From NCBI RefSeq assembly GCF_964355755.1, contig NC_092671.1, positions 22,642,070-22,706,069 of the forward strand: DNA of 64,000 nt. Reading direction: 5' to 3'. Positions 25,102 to 38,851 of this stretch are shown one piece after another (position 1 is the first letter of the stretch; each line of letters starts with the position of its first letter). Source of the DNA: Antedon mediterranea. Its lineage: Eukaryota > Animalia > Echinodermata. Below the pieces are notes generated by a model. The model made no database searches, was not told the origin of the DNA, and was given only the letters and a program-made list of their open reading frames with translations. Both the position numbers and the translations under genes were made by a program.

Positions 25102-28100
25102 TTGATAAGGTTACCTTCAAGGAACTGCAGAAATGGATAACTAACTTGACAAGATACCGTTTTAACGTGGCCAAACACCATTTATTGTTACATGGTAGAG
25201 GTTCTGTAATTCAACCTCTAAAGAACACTAGAGCATGCATACAGCCAGGGAAAATCGACCACTTTGTATACCTTTATAACAAGTTCTCAAGTTATACAAG
25301 ACTTGCCATTTGGAGAAGAAACTCTAAAACTTTCTACAGACAGAGTTATAAAAATCCCAAATGTTGTGCGTAATCTTATCCCAGAACAATGTATTCTTCA
25401 ATACGAGAGTTACTGTCAAGAGAAGGATTTTCAACCTATGAGCCGCAGTACATTGCGTAGAGTTCTCAGCGTTTGTTCTGCTTCTGTACGCAAATCCTTA
25501 CAGGGCCTTGATTATATCTCTGCCAATGGTGGAAAAGCCTATGATGACCTGGAGAACATCGTTGATAAGTTGGGAGATTGCTATGAAATGGATTTGACTT
25601 GGGCCAAACAAAAAAACCAAAAACCAAGTCAACAGCTGTTAGTCGGCGAAACGTCAAGTTCTCTGGAAATGTAAGTACCGATATCATCTTACAAACTTGA
25701 CCTTATATTGGATCATATAGAAGTAACTTTTTATCACATTATATTATCAGATCTAAATGAACTTATTTAACAATCTTTGACTATAAGGTAATAACAATCT
25801 TGTTTAAATATCTTGATAACTGCTACAGTATAAATAGAAAAACAATATAATAAAAAAAACGCAAAGTAGCGCGTTGTATGTTGTTTAGTAAAGCATGTAA
25901 GAAACAATCAAGACTAATTACATTTTTTATACAATTTATTTTATATATTATTGCAGATTCACATTTCTAACCATTCTGAAGTTGCCGATCATTGTAGGGC
26001 GTATGCTCTTAGTTCTTACGAAAACAAAGGTTACCAGACTGTCTGTGATCATGACCACAATGCAAGATGTAACAGGTGTCGTATATTTCCAGAAGCTTTG
26101 TCTGAAATTCATGAAGCTTTAAACGAAGTGCGCTGCTCTTCTAAAGAAAAAGATGACATGAAGTACGTACTTACACGGTCAGTCCAAGACATCGAGACGT
26201 GGAAGGCGCATATCTTAAGATCCATTAACCAAGACGCTGCACGACATGATATTTTAGGAGATTTGAATCCTGGTTGTGCCCTAATTGTTTTAGACTGGGC
26301 GATGAAGTTTGTACCACATAAATACCGCGAAAGCCAAAGAGACTGGTTTGGAAAGCGTGGACTTCCGTGACGAAAAAGAATAAAGATAGAGAGGTACTGA
26401 TGCTAATTACGTTTGTGCATATTTTAAAATCTTGCAGTCAGGATATCGACTATGTGTTGAGGCAGCTGCCATCTATTGCACCCGATATACACTCTGTTTA
26501 TCTGCGTCAAGATAATGCCGGATGCTACCACTCTGCCCTAACATTACTCTCGTTACCAAAGATAGCGAAAGAAACTAAGATAAAAATCCGACGTATTAAT
26601 TTTTCGGACCCACAAGCGGGGAAGGGTGCATGTGACCGCAAGGCAGCCCATATAAAAAATCACATGAATAAATATCTTAATTCAGGAAAAGATATTGAAA
26701 ATCCAGAGCAGATGAAGGCACCAATTGAGTCCTTTGGGGGCATTCCTGGAGTGAAAGTCATAGTTTGTGCTTTACCTACTGGTACTATCTGTGCAACAGC
26801 AAAATGGAAAGGCGTGAGTCACATCAACAACATAGAGTATGGAAGCAGGTCCATGAAGGTATGGTTGGCGTATGGTATTGCTGCAAGACAAAATCTACTT
26901 TTGAGTAAATTCGGTGTGCCCTCGAAACTACCAAATTTAATTCATAATAAGGATACGTCTGATAAAAATCAAGCATCATTTATTACAGTAAAAGCAAGAA
27001 TACAAGTCAAGACATCTTATGAAGAACAAGCTGATATAAATGACGACGACTAAATAGAAAGTGAAGAAAGTTCTGGCACCCCCAGCAAACTGTTCTTTTG
27101 TCGCGAATAAGGTTGCATTAGGTCATATCAGAGGTACTCTTCCCTAGAGAAACACTTAGATTATGAAAATCACAAGAACGCACTAGAACATGAAACACTT
27201 CAAAATCTAGAACCAAAGATTTGCCACGGTTTGACATTGGCCCCGACCTGCAAATGGGCTGGGAGTTAAAGTCCTCTGCAAAAAAAAACCTGATTTTCTG
27301 TTCCACAGACATCCTACCTTACTGATGTTTTTGACGCTGGAGAGCAGACAGGACAGAAAGCTGATCCATGTGATGTCTCACGAGAGATGAGATCGGCCAG
27401 GCACAGCGATGGTTCACATCTATTTTCTCACGCTGGGCTAAAAAAAGGACAGATGCAGCCGTTCATGATGATGATGACGAAGATGATGATTACGATAGTA
27501 ATGAAGATGGTGACGAAATTGAAAAAAATGGAGACGATTAAAAAATGGATACGATTCAAAAATGGAGACGATTCAAAAACGGAAAAAGAAAGAGAAATTC
27601 AAATTTTGTCGCAAACTGTACTGGACACAATAGGCTTGCAGCATCCAATAATGTTTGAAAGGCATAATATTTTTGAACTGAAAGCTAAAGAAAAATTCTC
27701 CAGATTCTTGGTGCCAATGTTGCAAGAAATGTGTACTTCTCTTGAACTTGATACCACAGATATAACCATAAAGCGCAAGAAGCCATACATTGATTTGCTG
27801 GGAAAGCTGGTTTCCATGTGCAGTTGCTCGATTGATTAAGGTAGCAACGAAGGTAAAACTGTGTCTGTGAGAATTCTTTAAAATAACAATTTAATATGTG
27901 AGACGATTCTGTTCTCTAAATTGTTAGTATTTTAATTCGCGTTCTGTAAATTTTTAATAAAGCGGAGGGGTGAAAAAATAGTAAAACAATAGTTTATTGT
28001 TTGGACTACAAATTATTAGGAAATTTCGCACGACCACATAAACGTTAACGGATGTCACCATTATACTCATTTACCTAACAACAGAGTTCAGCGAACATTT

Positions 28101-28433
28101 TGCGTTAACGCCCTTGCTCGTTTTGATTTTGCGCTTCGACAGGAAGTGTTGAACGCAACGCATGTGTAGCGCAAGCAACATACGCCACACGTATTAAAAC
28201 AAATCATGGAATACCTTGGGTTTAGAGACTAGGCTTAGCCAAGCGTGTTTAATCATTTTACATTTTTCATTGAAGCTATTTTTCAGAAATAAGGTTCTCG
28301 ACACAAGTAACTAAAGTTTTCGTAATGCTTGCGCATGCAAAGATCAAGTTCTTTTGGAGCTTGAAAAATAGCGTTAAGGTTAACATGCTCGTGCGAGAAG
28401 ATGATATGAGAAGATAAGAACATTATGTTGTAA

Positions 28434-28602
28434 AGCCTGTTTTCCACTAGGCGAAATTATTCGAGCAAATTAAACATTTTCGCGTATACGCACGTTCAAT
28501 GGAAAACTTTGTTGATAAAAATAAACTGTGCATGCGCTCGTATAATGCAAAAAATGTTCAATTCGCGCAAATAAATTCACCTAGTGGAAAACATAACAGG
28601 CT
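28434..28602. mobile_element. PIF/Harbinger-type MITE
   Basis: AGCCTGTTTTCCACTAGGCGAA ... TTCACCTAGTGGAAAAC(ATAAC)AGGCT, flanked by TAA and TGA (imperfect 3-bp TSD). Confidence 0.6.
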
Positions 28603-30106
28603 TGAGGAAGCTAAGCGAGTTATAATGTTAAGCTCAGATAGAATTGCTTAATTTCATCATGGGTTAGTCGTTAAAATTTGACTAGAAATTTATGTTTAGT
28701 GTTTATATTAAAACGTAATTCCAAATTATTCAGGACCTTTCAGTTTACCTTTAAAGTTTGTTTCTCGAAGTAAAAGTTTACCTTAAATTCGTAAATAGAG
28801 AACAATAGGTACATCTGATTGATCTTGCCGACAGATAAAATCTTTGAATTTCTTACAACTTTGTAGCACTGACGCGGAGCGGAAAATAGTTTTCCCAAAT
28901 TTATTTTACTTGATTCATAAATATTAGTATCTAAACTTTAGATTGATGATTTTTTTATTTCAAAAAAATACTTTTTAAGCATTTTATTTATGCTTATTAG
29001 TAATTGGTTGGTAAAAATCTTATAATTTCATCAAATTTTTTTGAAACTTTACTACATTATTGTCAAGATACTAGTTAATGTAAGTGTAAAATATTAAAAT
29101 GTTAGGTTGCTACGTTTGGCTTCCAGAGGCTGTTAAACTTAATGTAAATTTTACACCAAAAATAACAAAATTGGCCGAAAATCGTTATTTTTGGATTTTC
29201 TCAAAAACTAAGCGATATTTTACCAAACAAACTACACATCACATTTACTTACATCAAGGTCTACCAATGTGCAAAATATGAGCCAATTCGAAATTTTGAC
29301 CCTTGCCACTAAATTATGAATATGTCTGATTTTTGGTGACAATCACTTAAAGAGTAAAGTAAGTAAAACTCGGGCAGCCGTCGAGAGCGAACATATTATT
29401 TTCTACTCTCTCCTCATCGGAGTGTATATACACAATACGATCCCTTATAATGCCTGGATATTGAAGTGTTGAAAAGAGGTGAGGTTTAGATACCATATTT
29501 ATGTTTACTGTGGTGTTTAATTATTATTTTAATGCAGATAATCAAGATATATTTGAGAGAAAATGTCTAAACAACACAAGAAATCTACAGAGAGCCATGA
29601 GCCGGTCACTAGTAAAATTTTGCATACAGCGGAAGACAATGGCGAGTCAAGCATACCACCTAGTCTACCGCCTGACTCGCAGGGTAATCAGTCTGAGTAT
29701 TCGGCGTGGCTATCAAATACAATGACGATATTAATGTCTTCAAAGTCTATAGCTGATATGAAGAGCTGCATATGCGATGTGCTCACTAAAATGGCAGTAA
29801 AGGATTCTATAAGGGTGCTTGCTTACTTCAATTTTAATAAAATTTATGTTATAGAACCATTGTGTATTTGTGAAAATAAGATACAAAGGATGTGGGAAAT
29901 TGTTTGAATGGTAATTTACTTTACTCATGAGCAGGTAGACTGTAATTTTTAAACAATAGGAGATGTAAATAATAGAAGTAAAGATGTATCTGAAATCATT
30001 CCTCATCTGTTAAGAAGAACATAAAGGAATTTTGAATTACTATTAATAGACATCACAAATTCTTACAACTAAAAAACTTAAAACCTATGGTATATAGTAG
30101 ACTTAC

Positions 30107-30205
30107 ATGGACTTGTTATTAAATCCCATAATTTCACCAAACTGTCTCCACATGTGGCCATTAAGAAGTGAATCGCTGTGGGATGTGTCGTCAATTCAAA
30201 TGAGT
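30107..30205 (-). CDS. WDSUB1: Exon of WD40 gene (WDSUB1-like), second exon seen
   Basis: ttcacag acceptor and gtaagt donor; 99 bp encoding (N)SFELTTHPTAIHFLMATCGDSLVKLWDLITSP; phase 1/1 joins both neighbouring exons in frame. Confidence 0.8.
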
Positions 30206-32541
30206 CTGTGAAAAAAATCAAATAGCTAGAGATACTATGTTTAATAGAATATGAACCTGGTCAGATGAATTTTGTGACCTTTGACTCTAGGCTTTCAACA
30301 GTCCCAACAACGTTACTAATTGGCAAGTTTAATTGAAATCAGCACAGGATAAAAATAATTATTTAGCATAGCACCCCCTATTCGTGCCGTTTGGCCCTAA
30401 GCTTTTAACACTCCATGTTGATGAACAAGTTTGAAATATTGAGCCAGAAATGGCCATAGAACATGTTCTATGCTGTTAAGTGTTAGTGACTTAAGTTGTT
30501 CATGACGATGTATACATGTATAAATGTCAGCCAATCACCCAATAGATGTCTTTTTAACCCATTGACCCAAAAGTTCATTTTGCTCCCCTGGAACCTAAAA
30601 AGCATATGTCACATAATTAACAGTAAAAAGAAAAATAATGCCAAGATGTGATAATGAATTATTGAGATATGATTGATATAAATGTGATTTCACAAAATGG
30701 CGTATAAATGACGTCACAGTGAGTGATCACGCTGAAAAGTTTATTAGGACTAAATTAAAGTATTTGAAAGACATTGCGAAAATTTTGTGATTGTTACTAA
30801 CTCACTCAAAATAACTGTGTACAGAAAGAATAAAAAAAAAAAGACATGAAACTCGTCACTTTGACGAGTTAGTTATCCGCACGTCATACGTTGGAATATT
30901 GCACACACAAAAAGATTAATAAAGTTTACTGTAAAGATTAAATTAATGACCCACGTAATTTAAATTTTTAGGCATGAAGACGTCATAAAAATTAAAATAT
31001 TTTTAACTCATGCGAAAGATAGTTGATTGATCTAGACAATATCAAAATCGGGGTGAAAATGGAAAACGGATAAGTGGAGATGCGCTCTATTAAATGTGAT
31101 GACTTATTACGAAAGACACAAAAATCCTAAATTTTATATTCGCGTGGCCATACGATGACGTCACAATGTCCGGTTAGCCATATTAATACATGATCCGATA
31201 TCTACAACTCATCAACTTCCAGAATATGTCATCCACAAAAAGTTGACCGTGTAGTTTAGAAATTACGACTGTTTAAAAAAAGGCATAATTTTGACAAATT
31301 TTGGAACTTTTTCATCAAAAACACGCGCAAATTGTACAATTCGACATGCTCATATGACGTAACTTTAAGTCGAAATTGTTTAAAAGTTGGTAAAATTACT
31401 AGAAAAGGCTGGAAAAACATAAATCACTCGAAAAAATTATGTTTTTAACTCTACGTGGCCACCGCCCGCGTAAAAATTTGCACGCGCGTGGGAATTTTTG
31501 ACATGCTTAAAATGACATGAAACGCGCAATTTTCGGAAGGAAATTATCTCAGCAACAACATATTAACGTGTAGAAGAAATTTTAATACGTGAAATATTAA
31601 TGCGCGCTCTTTTAAATGTAATGAACTATGACACAAAATATGAAAATACGACTTTTTTTATTTAACTGGCCATATGATGACATCACAACATCCGATTGGC
31701 AACATTTTCACATGATTTTGTATCTACAATCCAATAGCTTCCAGAAAACGTTTTAATCATGATTATCACATTTTATTCTTACGAGCTATAACAGATTAAA
31801 ATTTACTGTAAAGATGAAATTAATGCCACACGTAATTTAAATTTTTAGGCATGATGACGTCAAAAAAATTAAAATATTTTTAACTCATGCGAAAGATAGT
31901 TGATTGACCTAGACAATATCAAAATATCGGGGTGAAAATGGAAAAGGGATAAGTGGAGATGCGCTCTATTAAATGTTATGACCTATTACGAAAGACAAAA
32001 AAATCCTAAATTTTATATTCGCGTGGCCATACGATGACGTCACAATGTCCTGTTAGCCATATTTATACATTATTCGATATCTACAACTCATCAACTTCCA
32101 GAATATGTAATAAAAACAACTTTCACCGTTTAGTTTAGAAACTACGACTGTTTAAAACAAGGCCAACAGCCATTAAGTCGCGTGCTACAATGCATAGTGG
32201 TACCGGACCGACAGACAAACAGACCGACAGACAAACAGACCGACAGACAGACAGACCGACAGACAGACGGACCGACCGACATAGTGAACTATACTGACCG
32301 AAATTACTGAACATGTTTAAAAATGTTGAAATGTTTAAAAACATTTATATTTTTTTAATTTACATGTGCGTAGCCTGTCACTTTTGACGTGCTCGTATAA
32401 CGTAATTTCGAGTTGAAAAGTTAGTCAAGAAAACAGAAATCGGGCAAAAAGAGTGCGCAAAAACATTTAACGCGCAGTGCGCGCGCAAAAATCTGCGCAC
32501 TCATGGCAATTTTGTAAACGCTTAAAATTGCCTGAAACGTA

Positions 32542-33353
32542 CCGTATATTTTGGTGTATAAGTCGCACCTGTGTATAAGACGCACCCCCTAACTGAGAGT
32601 AAAATATCGGTATTTTTTATATCGTCGGTGTATAAGACGCACCTTATATTTCATCAAAACAATGTTTTTTTAAATTGTAATCAATATTATTGTAATAATA
32701 TATTTTGTTATATCTGCAACGGCGTCCTTTATTTAGGTTTTTTCTTACCTAGGCTCGGCCGCGCCCAGCCTCAACAGCCGCAACATCGAGTGCATGACCG
32801 TGTGTGTAACACGTACGTGTGGGCTAGCATCGCTCGATCATTTCGAGAGGGCGCACGTTTTCACGGACAATCGTATTCGATTAGTATCTATGTATCCGAG
32901 AAGTGTGTACGCTAGGTCCATGCTATAATCACCTGAAGAATATACTAGTCGAATACCGGACACCATGTGGCCGCCAAGAAGGGCTTGCGCTGGGAGTACG
33001 GCGATCGTGCGTATAACTACTGTATAAATAAATACTATTCCAATCGTACTTAAACATTTACAAATGAAATTTTATCGCTATAATGAACAAATCTTTTCAT
33101 CATATTTAGTATAGCATCATGCTAAAATGCCTTGAAAACTAGGCAGAAGCAGGTTGCCGTTACGTTAGTTAGTTACTGTAGCTAGGCCTAGCCTACTCAG
33201 GCCTAGCAAACGAGGTGACGATAGCCTAGGCCCACCCTAGGCCTATGTACAATCTGTGTGGTGAGGCATTTATGTTCGGTGTATAAGACGCACCCTTAAT
33301 TTAGAGGTCAAATTTGCGTGTCAAAAGTGCGTCTTATACACCGAAATATACGT
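32542..33353. mobile_element. Tc1/mariner(pogo)-type MITE, copy 2 (inverted relative to 15337-16163)
   Basis: Same TIRs and internal sequence in reverse; TA duplicated. The empty site CTGAAACGTACTCTTATTTC is present at ~14721. Confidence 0.9.
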
Positions 33354-33687
33354 TACTCTTATTTCATCGAAAATAAATTTTGAAAATTTTAAGCGCGCGT
33401 ACGCATGCGTTACATGCGCTACGCACGTAATTGTATTGCCATATGATGATTTATGCCCTGAAATTTATGAGTACCAAATTTTATTTAATTGTGATTCATG
33501 GTTGTTAAGATATAATTACAAACGTGATTTCGTTAAATCGTGCGTAGACCGCGTAATTTTTTATTGCGCACCGTGAAAACATAACCACATCGATTCCTGG
33601 CTATAAGAAATATTCTGTGAAAAATTGACTTAGCTAGATTAAACTGATATCAAGATAAGGTCATAAAGCGATAAAACGCATAGTGAT

Positions 33688-34053
<366 letters not shown>

Positions 34054-36114
34054 TAGTGACTAAAAAGGCATAATTTTGACGAATTTTTGAACTTTTTCAT
34101 TAAAAACACGCACAAATTGTACAATTCGACGTGCTAGTATGACGTAATTTTAAGTCTAAATTGTTTTAAAATTTGATAAAATTACTATAAAAGGCTGGAA
34201 AACCATAATTCACGCAAAAAAAGATGTTTTTAGTGCTACGTGCGGACCACGCGCGTAAAATTGTTCGCGCGCGTGGGAATTTGTGACATGCTCAAAATGT
34301 CATGGTCAGCGTAGAAAGTTGATTAGAAATTAATTTTGCGCATTTTAAATGCGCGTGCGCGCGTAACTTCGTGTAAAACATGCCATTTTTAGTGCACAAA
34401 AAGTTAGCGCGAGATATAAATTAAACTTTTTCTAAGTTTCAACTTAAATTGTTATATGGTTTCAATCTATGTTAAATACGGGGAATTCATAAAATCACGC
34501 GTAAGTCACGTTACGCATTTCTGACGTCATTCACAATAGTAGGTGCACAACTTCACGTGAATGCCCATATGTTGACAAAGTTATGAAATGTTATGTTTAC
34601 ACATTTTTGATATAAGCAAGACACAAAAATAGAGGCATTTTTAATCCACAAAAAGTTTGCCCTATGATCAATCATAAAAAATCATAAAATCACACGTAAG
34701 TCACGTTGCGCAACTCTGACGTCATTCAAAAATAGGAGGTGCACAACGTCACGTAAATGCCCATATGTTGACAAAGTTATGAAATGTTATGTTTACAAGT
34801 TTTTGAGATACGTGAGACACAAAAATGGAGGAGAAAGAAATAAGAAAAAACTAGAATTTAATTCGTCACTTTATAGGTGATCATTTTTATCATTTTAATA
34901 AAATTAACATTTTTTAAACATGCATGTACGTTAACATACGATCGTTAAAAGTTGATGTACGCCATCCTATGACATGATGCATATACACTTATAGTGCTGA
35001 GTTCTACCTATTATGTGTAATACAATATGTACAGTATTATACTGTATATCTATATACAGTGTAGCATAGGTGAAATTACGGGACTCATATCGTGTTCTAA
35101 TTTTTTGGTATGATGGAATTTTCAAAATAAACTTGAAGATGACAATTTCGAAAGATAATGAATTGAGCTAATAAATATAAGGATTGGAAGAAAATTTGAC
35201 ACGTAGAAGCGCAATGCGCGGTCTTTGAAATTTGTATAACTTTGACTAAAGAAATTTAAAAACTACTTTTTAACTTCAACTGGCCATATGATAACATCAC
35301 AACATCCGATAGGCTTAATTTTAATATGAATTCATATCTACATTTCATCAGCTTTCATAATAAGTTATAATCTTCAAGGTCACCTTTAATTCTGAAGAGC
35401 TATAAGATATTCAAATGTATGGTGTAGCTGAAATTACACGACCTAGGTTATTCAAGTTTTTACGCGTGATGACGTCATCAAAATAAAAATGACAACTCAT
35501 TAGAACTCAATTAATTGAGCAAGCACATACTAAAAGTTGTGCGAAAATCGGGCTCAAATAACGGAGATGCGCTCTGTTGAATGTGATAACCCACACAAAA
35601 AGATAAAAATTCCTAATTTTTAAATTCAAGTGGCCATTTGATGACGTCATACCATTTTGTACGTCTATTGTGTATATACATTTGTATCTACAACTTATTG
35701 GCTTCCATAATAAGTTAAAAAAATTGGGGGTCACCTGCCATTCTGAAGAGTTATATTCATTTTAAAAAGTCCTTATTTTTTAACATTTTTAGCACTATTG
35801 TACAATTAGTGTGCGCATTTTGTCATTTTTAACGTGCTCGTATAGCGTTATTTTAAGTCGGAATAGACTCAAAATTGCTGAATGTACTAAGGATTGTGAG
35901 TAGAATGTGATTTATACATCAAATTTTATTTTTTACGCATTTTAAGAATCGTGCGCACAAAAACGCATTTTTGCGCAGTAATTTTTGAAACGCGCAAATG
36001 ACCTAATTCATGCTCAAAATTGATCAAAACCAAATCAAAAACATTTACAATCCTCAAAATATCTCTCTTTCAAAATAAAAGAAAAATAATATTCATTTCC
36101 ATTTAAAAAAAAAT

Positions 36115-36343
36115 CCACTGGCGCCAAATTGGGTCCACTTGAGCGAAAAGATTGAAACTTGAGTGACTTTATTTCTATTTTATATCACTGCTCCCCTCGT
36201 ACCAAATTGTGTCCACTTGAGCGCAGTGTTTTATACGAAAAGATATTAAAATTTAGTGACTTGTGCTCCACTGGGCCCAAATTGGGTCCACTTGAGCACA
36301 GTGTATTAACATACGAAAAGATATTAAAATTAGTGACATATTT
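36115..36343. repeat. ~80-bp tandem repeat, 3 copies, continuing at 44537-44585
   Basis: CCAAATTG(G/T)GTCCACTTGAGC at ~36123, ~36202 and ~36276; TTCTATTTTATATCACTG..CTCCACTGG resumes after 44536. Confidence 0.8.
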
Positions 36344-36415
36344 GGTTATCCGCACTTGGCGGATAACCCCTTGTTATTGTCAGGATCTTTTTTTTTTGTT
36401 TTTTTTTTCTTTATT

Positions 36416-37970
36416 AGTTATCCGCTTAGTAGCGGATAACTCCTTGTAATCGTCCTGTTTCATCATATTTTTTTTTCTTTTCTGTATTATGCTTCTTTCC
36501 TTCTGTCATTTTTGTGCGTCGCGTTTCTCTAAAACGTGTAAACAGAATATATCGTAACTTTGTCAACATATCGACATTTACGTGAACTTGTGCACCTCCT
36601 ATTTTTGAATGACGTCAGAGTTGCGCAACGTGACTTATGCGCGATTTTATGAATTTCAATGATTGATCATAGACTAAAAACCAAACATAATTTTGTTTTG
36701 ACACTGTGTGAAAATTTAAGTCATATCAAGCGCAAACTTTCTATGGATTAAAAATAGCATGTTTCACAAAAAGTTACGCGCGTGCGCGTTTAAAATTTTA
36801 GAGAGCGAAAAATCAACTTCTAATCAACTTTCTATGCGTTTCATGTCATTTTGAGCATCTCAAAAATTCCCACGCGCGCGAAAATGTTTACGCACGCGGT
36901 GCACACATAGATAAAAAACATATTTTTTCCGCGTGATTTATGTTTTTTCAGCCTTTTCTAGTAATTTTACCAAATTTTAAACAATTTCGACTTAAAATTA
37001 CGTCATATGAGCACGTCGAATTAGATAATTTGCACGCGTTTTTGGTGAAAAAGTTCAAAAATTCGTCAAAATTATGCCTATTTTTAAACATTCATAGATT
37101 CTAAACTACATGGAGAACTGTTTTTTAATTACATATTCTGGAAGTTGATGAGTTGTAGATATTTGATCATACATTAATATGGCTAACCGGACATTGTGAC
37201 GTCATCGTATGGCCACGCGAATATAAAATATAGGATTTTTGTCTCTTTCGTCATAGCTCATCACATTTAATAGAGCGCATCTCCACTTATTCGTTGTCCA
37301 TTTTCACCCCGATTTTAATATATTCTAGGTCAATCAACTATCTTTTGCATGAATTAAAAATTTTTTAATTTTTTTAACGTCATCATGCCTAAAAATTTAA
37401 ATTACGTTGGTCATTAATTTCATCTTTACAGTAAATTTTAATCTGTTATACCTCGTAAGAATAAAATGTGATAATCACGATTAAAACGTTTTCAGGAAGC
37501 TATTGTATTGTAGATACAAAATCATGTGAAAATTGTGCCAATTGAATGTTGTGACGTCATCATATGGCCAGTTAAATAAAAAAGTCGTATTTTCATCTTT
37601 TGCGTTATATTTCATTACATTTAAAAGAGCGCGCATCAATATTTCACGTATTCAAATTTCTTCTACACGTTAATATGTTGTTGCTGAGATAATTTCATTC
37701 TGAAATTTCTACTTTTGCATTTCATTTTGAAACCCTCAACATGTTAAAAATTACAATAAATAGCGGGTCCCGTAATTTCACCTATTCTACACTGTATGTG
37801 ATATGTATACAGATTACACTGTGTATACTATGAATCAAAATAATAGAATTCAGCACTAACAACATATCATAGTCTTCAGTTCAGGTCATAATGCCATAAT
37901 CTTTTTCCGTGTGCAATATTCCAACGTATGGCGTGCACAAGGCGTTTGTCGTGCGGAGTTTCATGTCTAG
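36416..37970 (+). mobile_element. Helentron-like element (A-type ends) nested in the 5' T-rich tract of the G-type copy
   Basis: Begins AGTTATCCGCTTAGTAGCGGATAACT and ends TTTCATGTCTAG|T (hairpin partly deleted); highly similar, inverted, to 61383-62933. Confidence 0.75.
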
Positions 37971-38677
37971 TTCTTCTTTCTTTCCACGAATTTTGTTCGC
38001 AGCGTATCTCTAATTCTGGCCAACATATGATTGTATAACTTTGTCAAAAGATTGCCCTGCAGCTGTAGATGTGCAAGAAACTTTTTTTTATGAATTTTGA
38101 GTCGCGCAGCGTAAGTTACGTGCGATTTTATGAATTTCAATGATTGATCATAGATAAAAAACAAAAAGTCATTTTGTATTGAAACTTGGTGAAATTTTAA
38201 GTCATATGAAGCGCAAACTTTCTATGGATTAAAATGGCAGGTTGCCCAGAAAGTTACGCGCGCACGCGCGTTTAAAATTTCAAAATGCGAAAAATCAACT
38301 TCTAATCAATTTTCTACGCGTTTCATGTCATTTTGAGCATTTCAAAAATTCCCAGCCGTGCGCAATTTTTTTACGCGCGCGTGCGCACGTAGTGCAAAAA
38401 CATCTTTTTTTTGTTTGATTTTTGTTTTTCCAGCCTTTTCTAGTAAATTACACAAACCAGTAGTGGTGTTTAGTAGTCTATGAGTGCTAGCTTACCTGTA
38501 TAAACCGACAATAGCCCGTGCTCTCCAGAGGGAGGGCTTAGATACGAAAGTGAAAAGTTCCTGGAACACCCCTGTATTATAATGGACCCGTCCGCAACCA
38601 CGCCCTCATGTGGGAACGTACCAACGTACCACCGTCATCATTTTCCGCGTACTTGACTGCGGGGACGGCGGGAGGGA

Positions 38678-38776
38678 GTTTATACAGGTAAGCTAGCACT
38701 CATAGACTACTAACACCACTACTGGTTTGTGTAGTCTATATCGTGCCTAACTTACCTGTATAAACCGACAATAGCC
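38678..38776. repeat. DIRS internal complementary region (ICR)
   Basis: 38678-38732 is the reverse complement of the left end and 38733-38776 is the reverse complement of the right end, joined head to tail. Confidence 0.93.
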
Positions 38777-38851
38777 AGATTAGCACCGGACTAGAACTAG
38801 TCGGCGGTGGGAGTAAGTTAACAAAAAGCAGAGCAAGTGAAGTGTACATAC

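Larger units (their letters stand above)
18565..27839 (+). pseudogene. Sola3-like transposase pseudogene, intron-containing, split by a LINE
   Basis: Fragments at 18565-19006, 19093-19194, ~19380-19662, 25107-~25620 and 25957-27839. Motifs include QVGS|GIC, RRQILS, ASVRKSLQGLD, DYK|IHIS..VADHC, LDWAMKF.P..RESQ.DWFGKRG, QDNAGCYH and SDPQAGKGACDR; multiple stops and frameshifts. Confidence 0.82.
13649..29346 (+). mobile_element. Sola3-like DNA transposon, full length but inactivated by nested insertions
   Basis: TTAA on both sides (13645-13648, 29347-29350), a 5'-GAG terminus, ~700-bp imperfect TIRs (13649-~14385 and ~28640-29346) and an internal DDE-type transposase. TTAA, GAG termini and long TIRs are established Sola3 traits. 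Confidence 0.82.

Noticed and set aside
29563-29907. 114-aa ORF as a nested gene
   Set aside because: No recognisable domain or splice support; possibly a retroelement ORF1 scrap.
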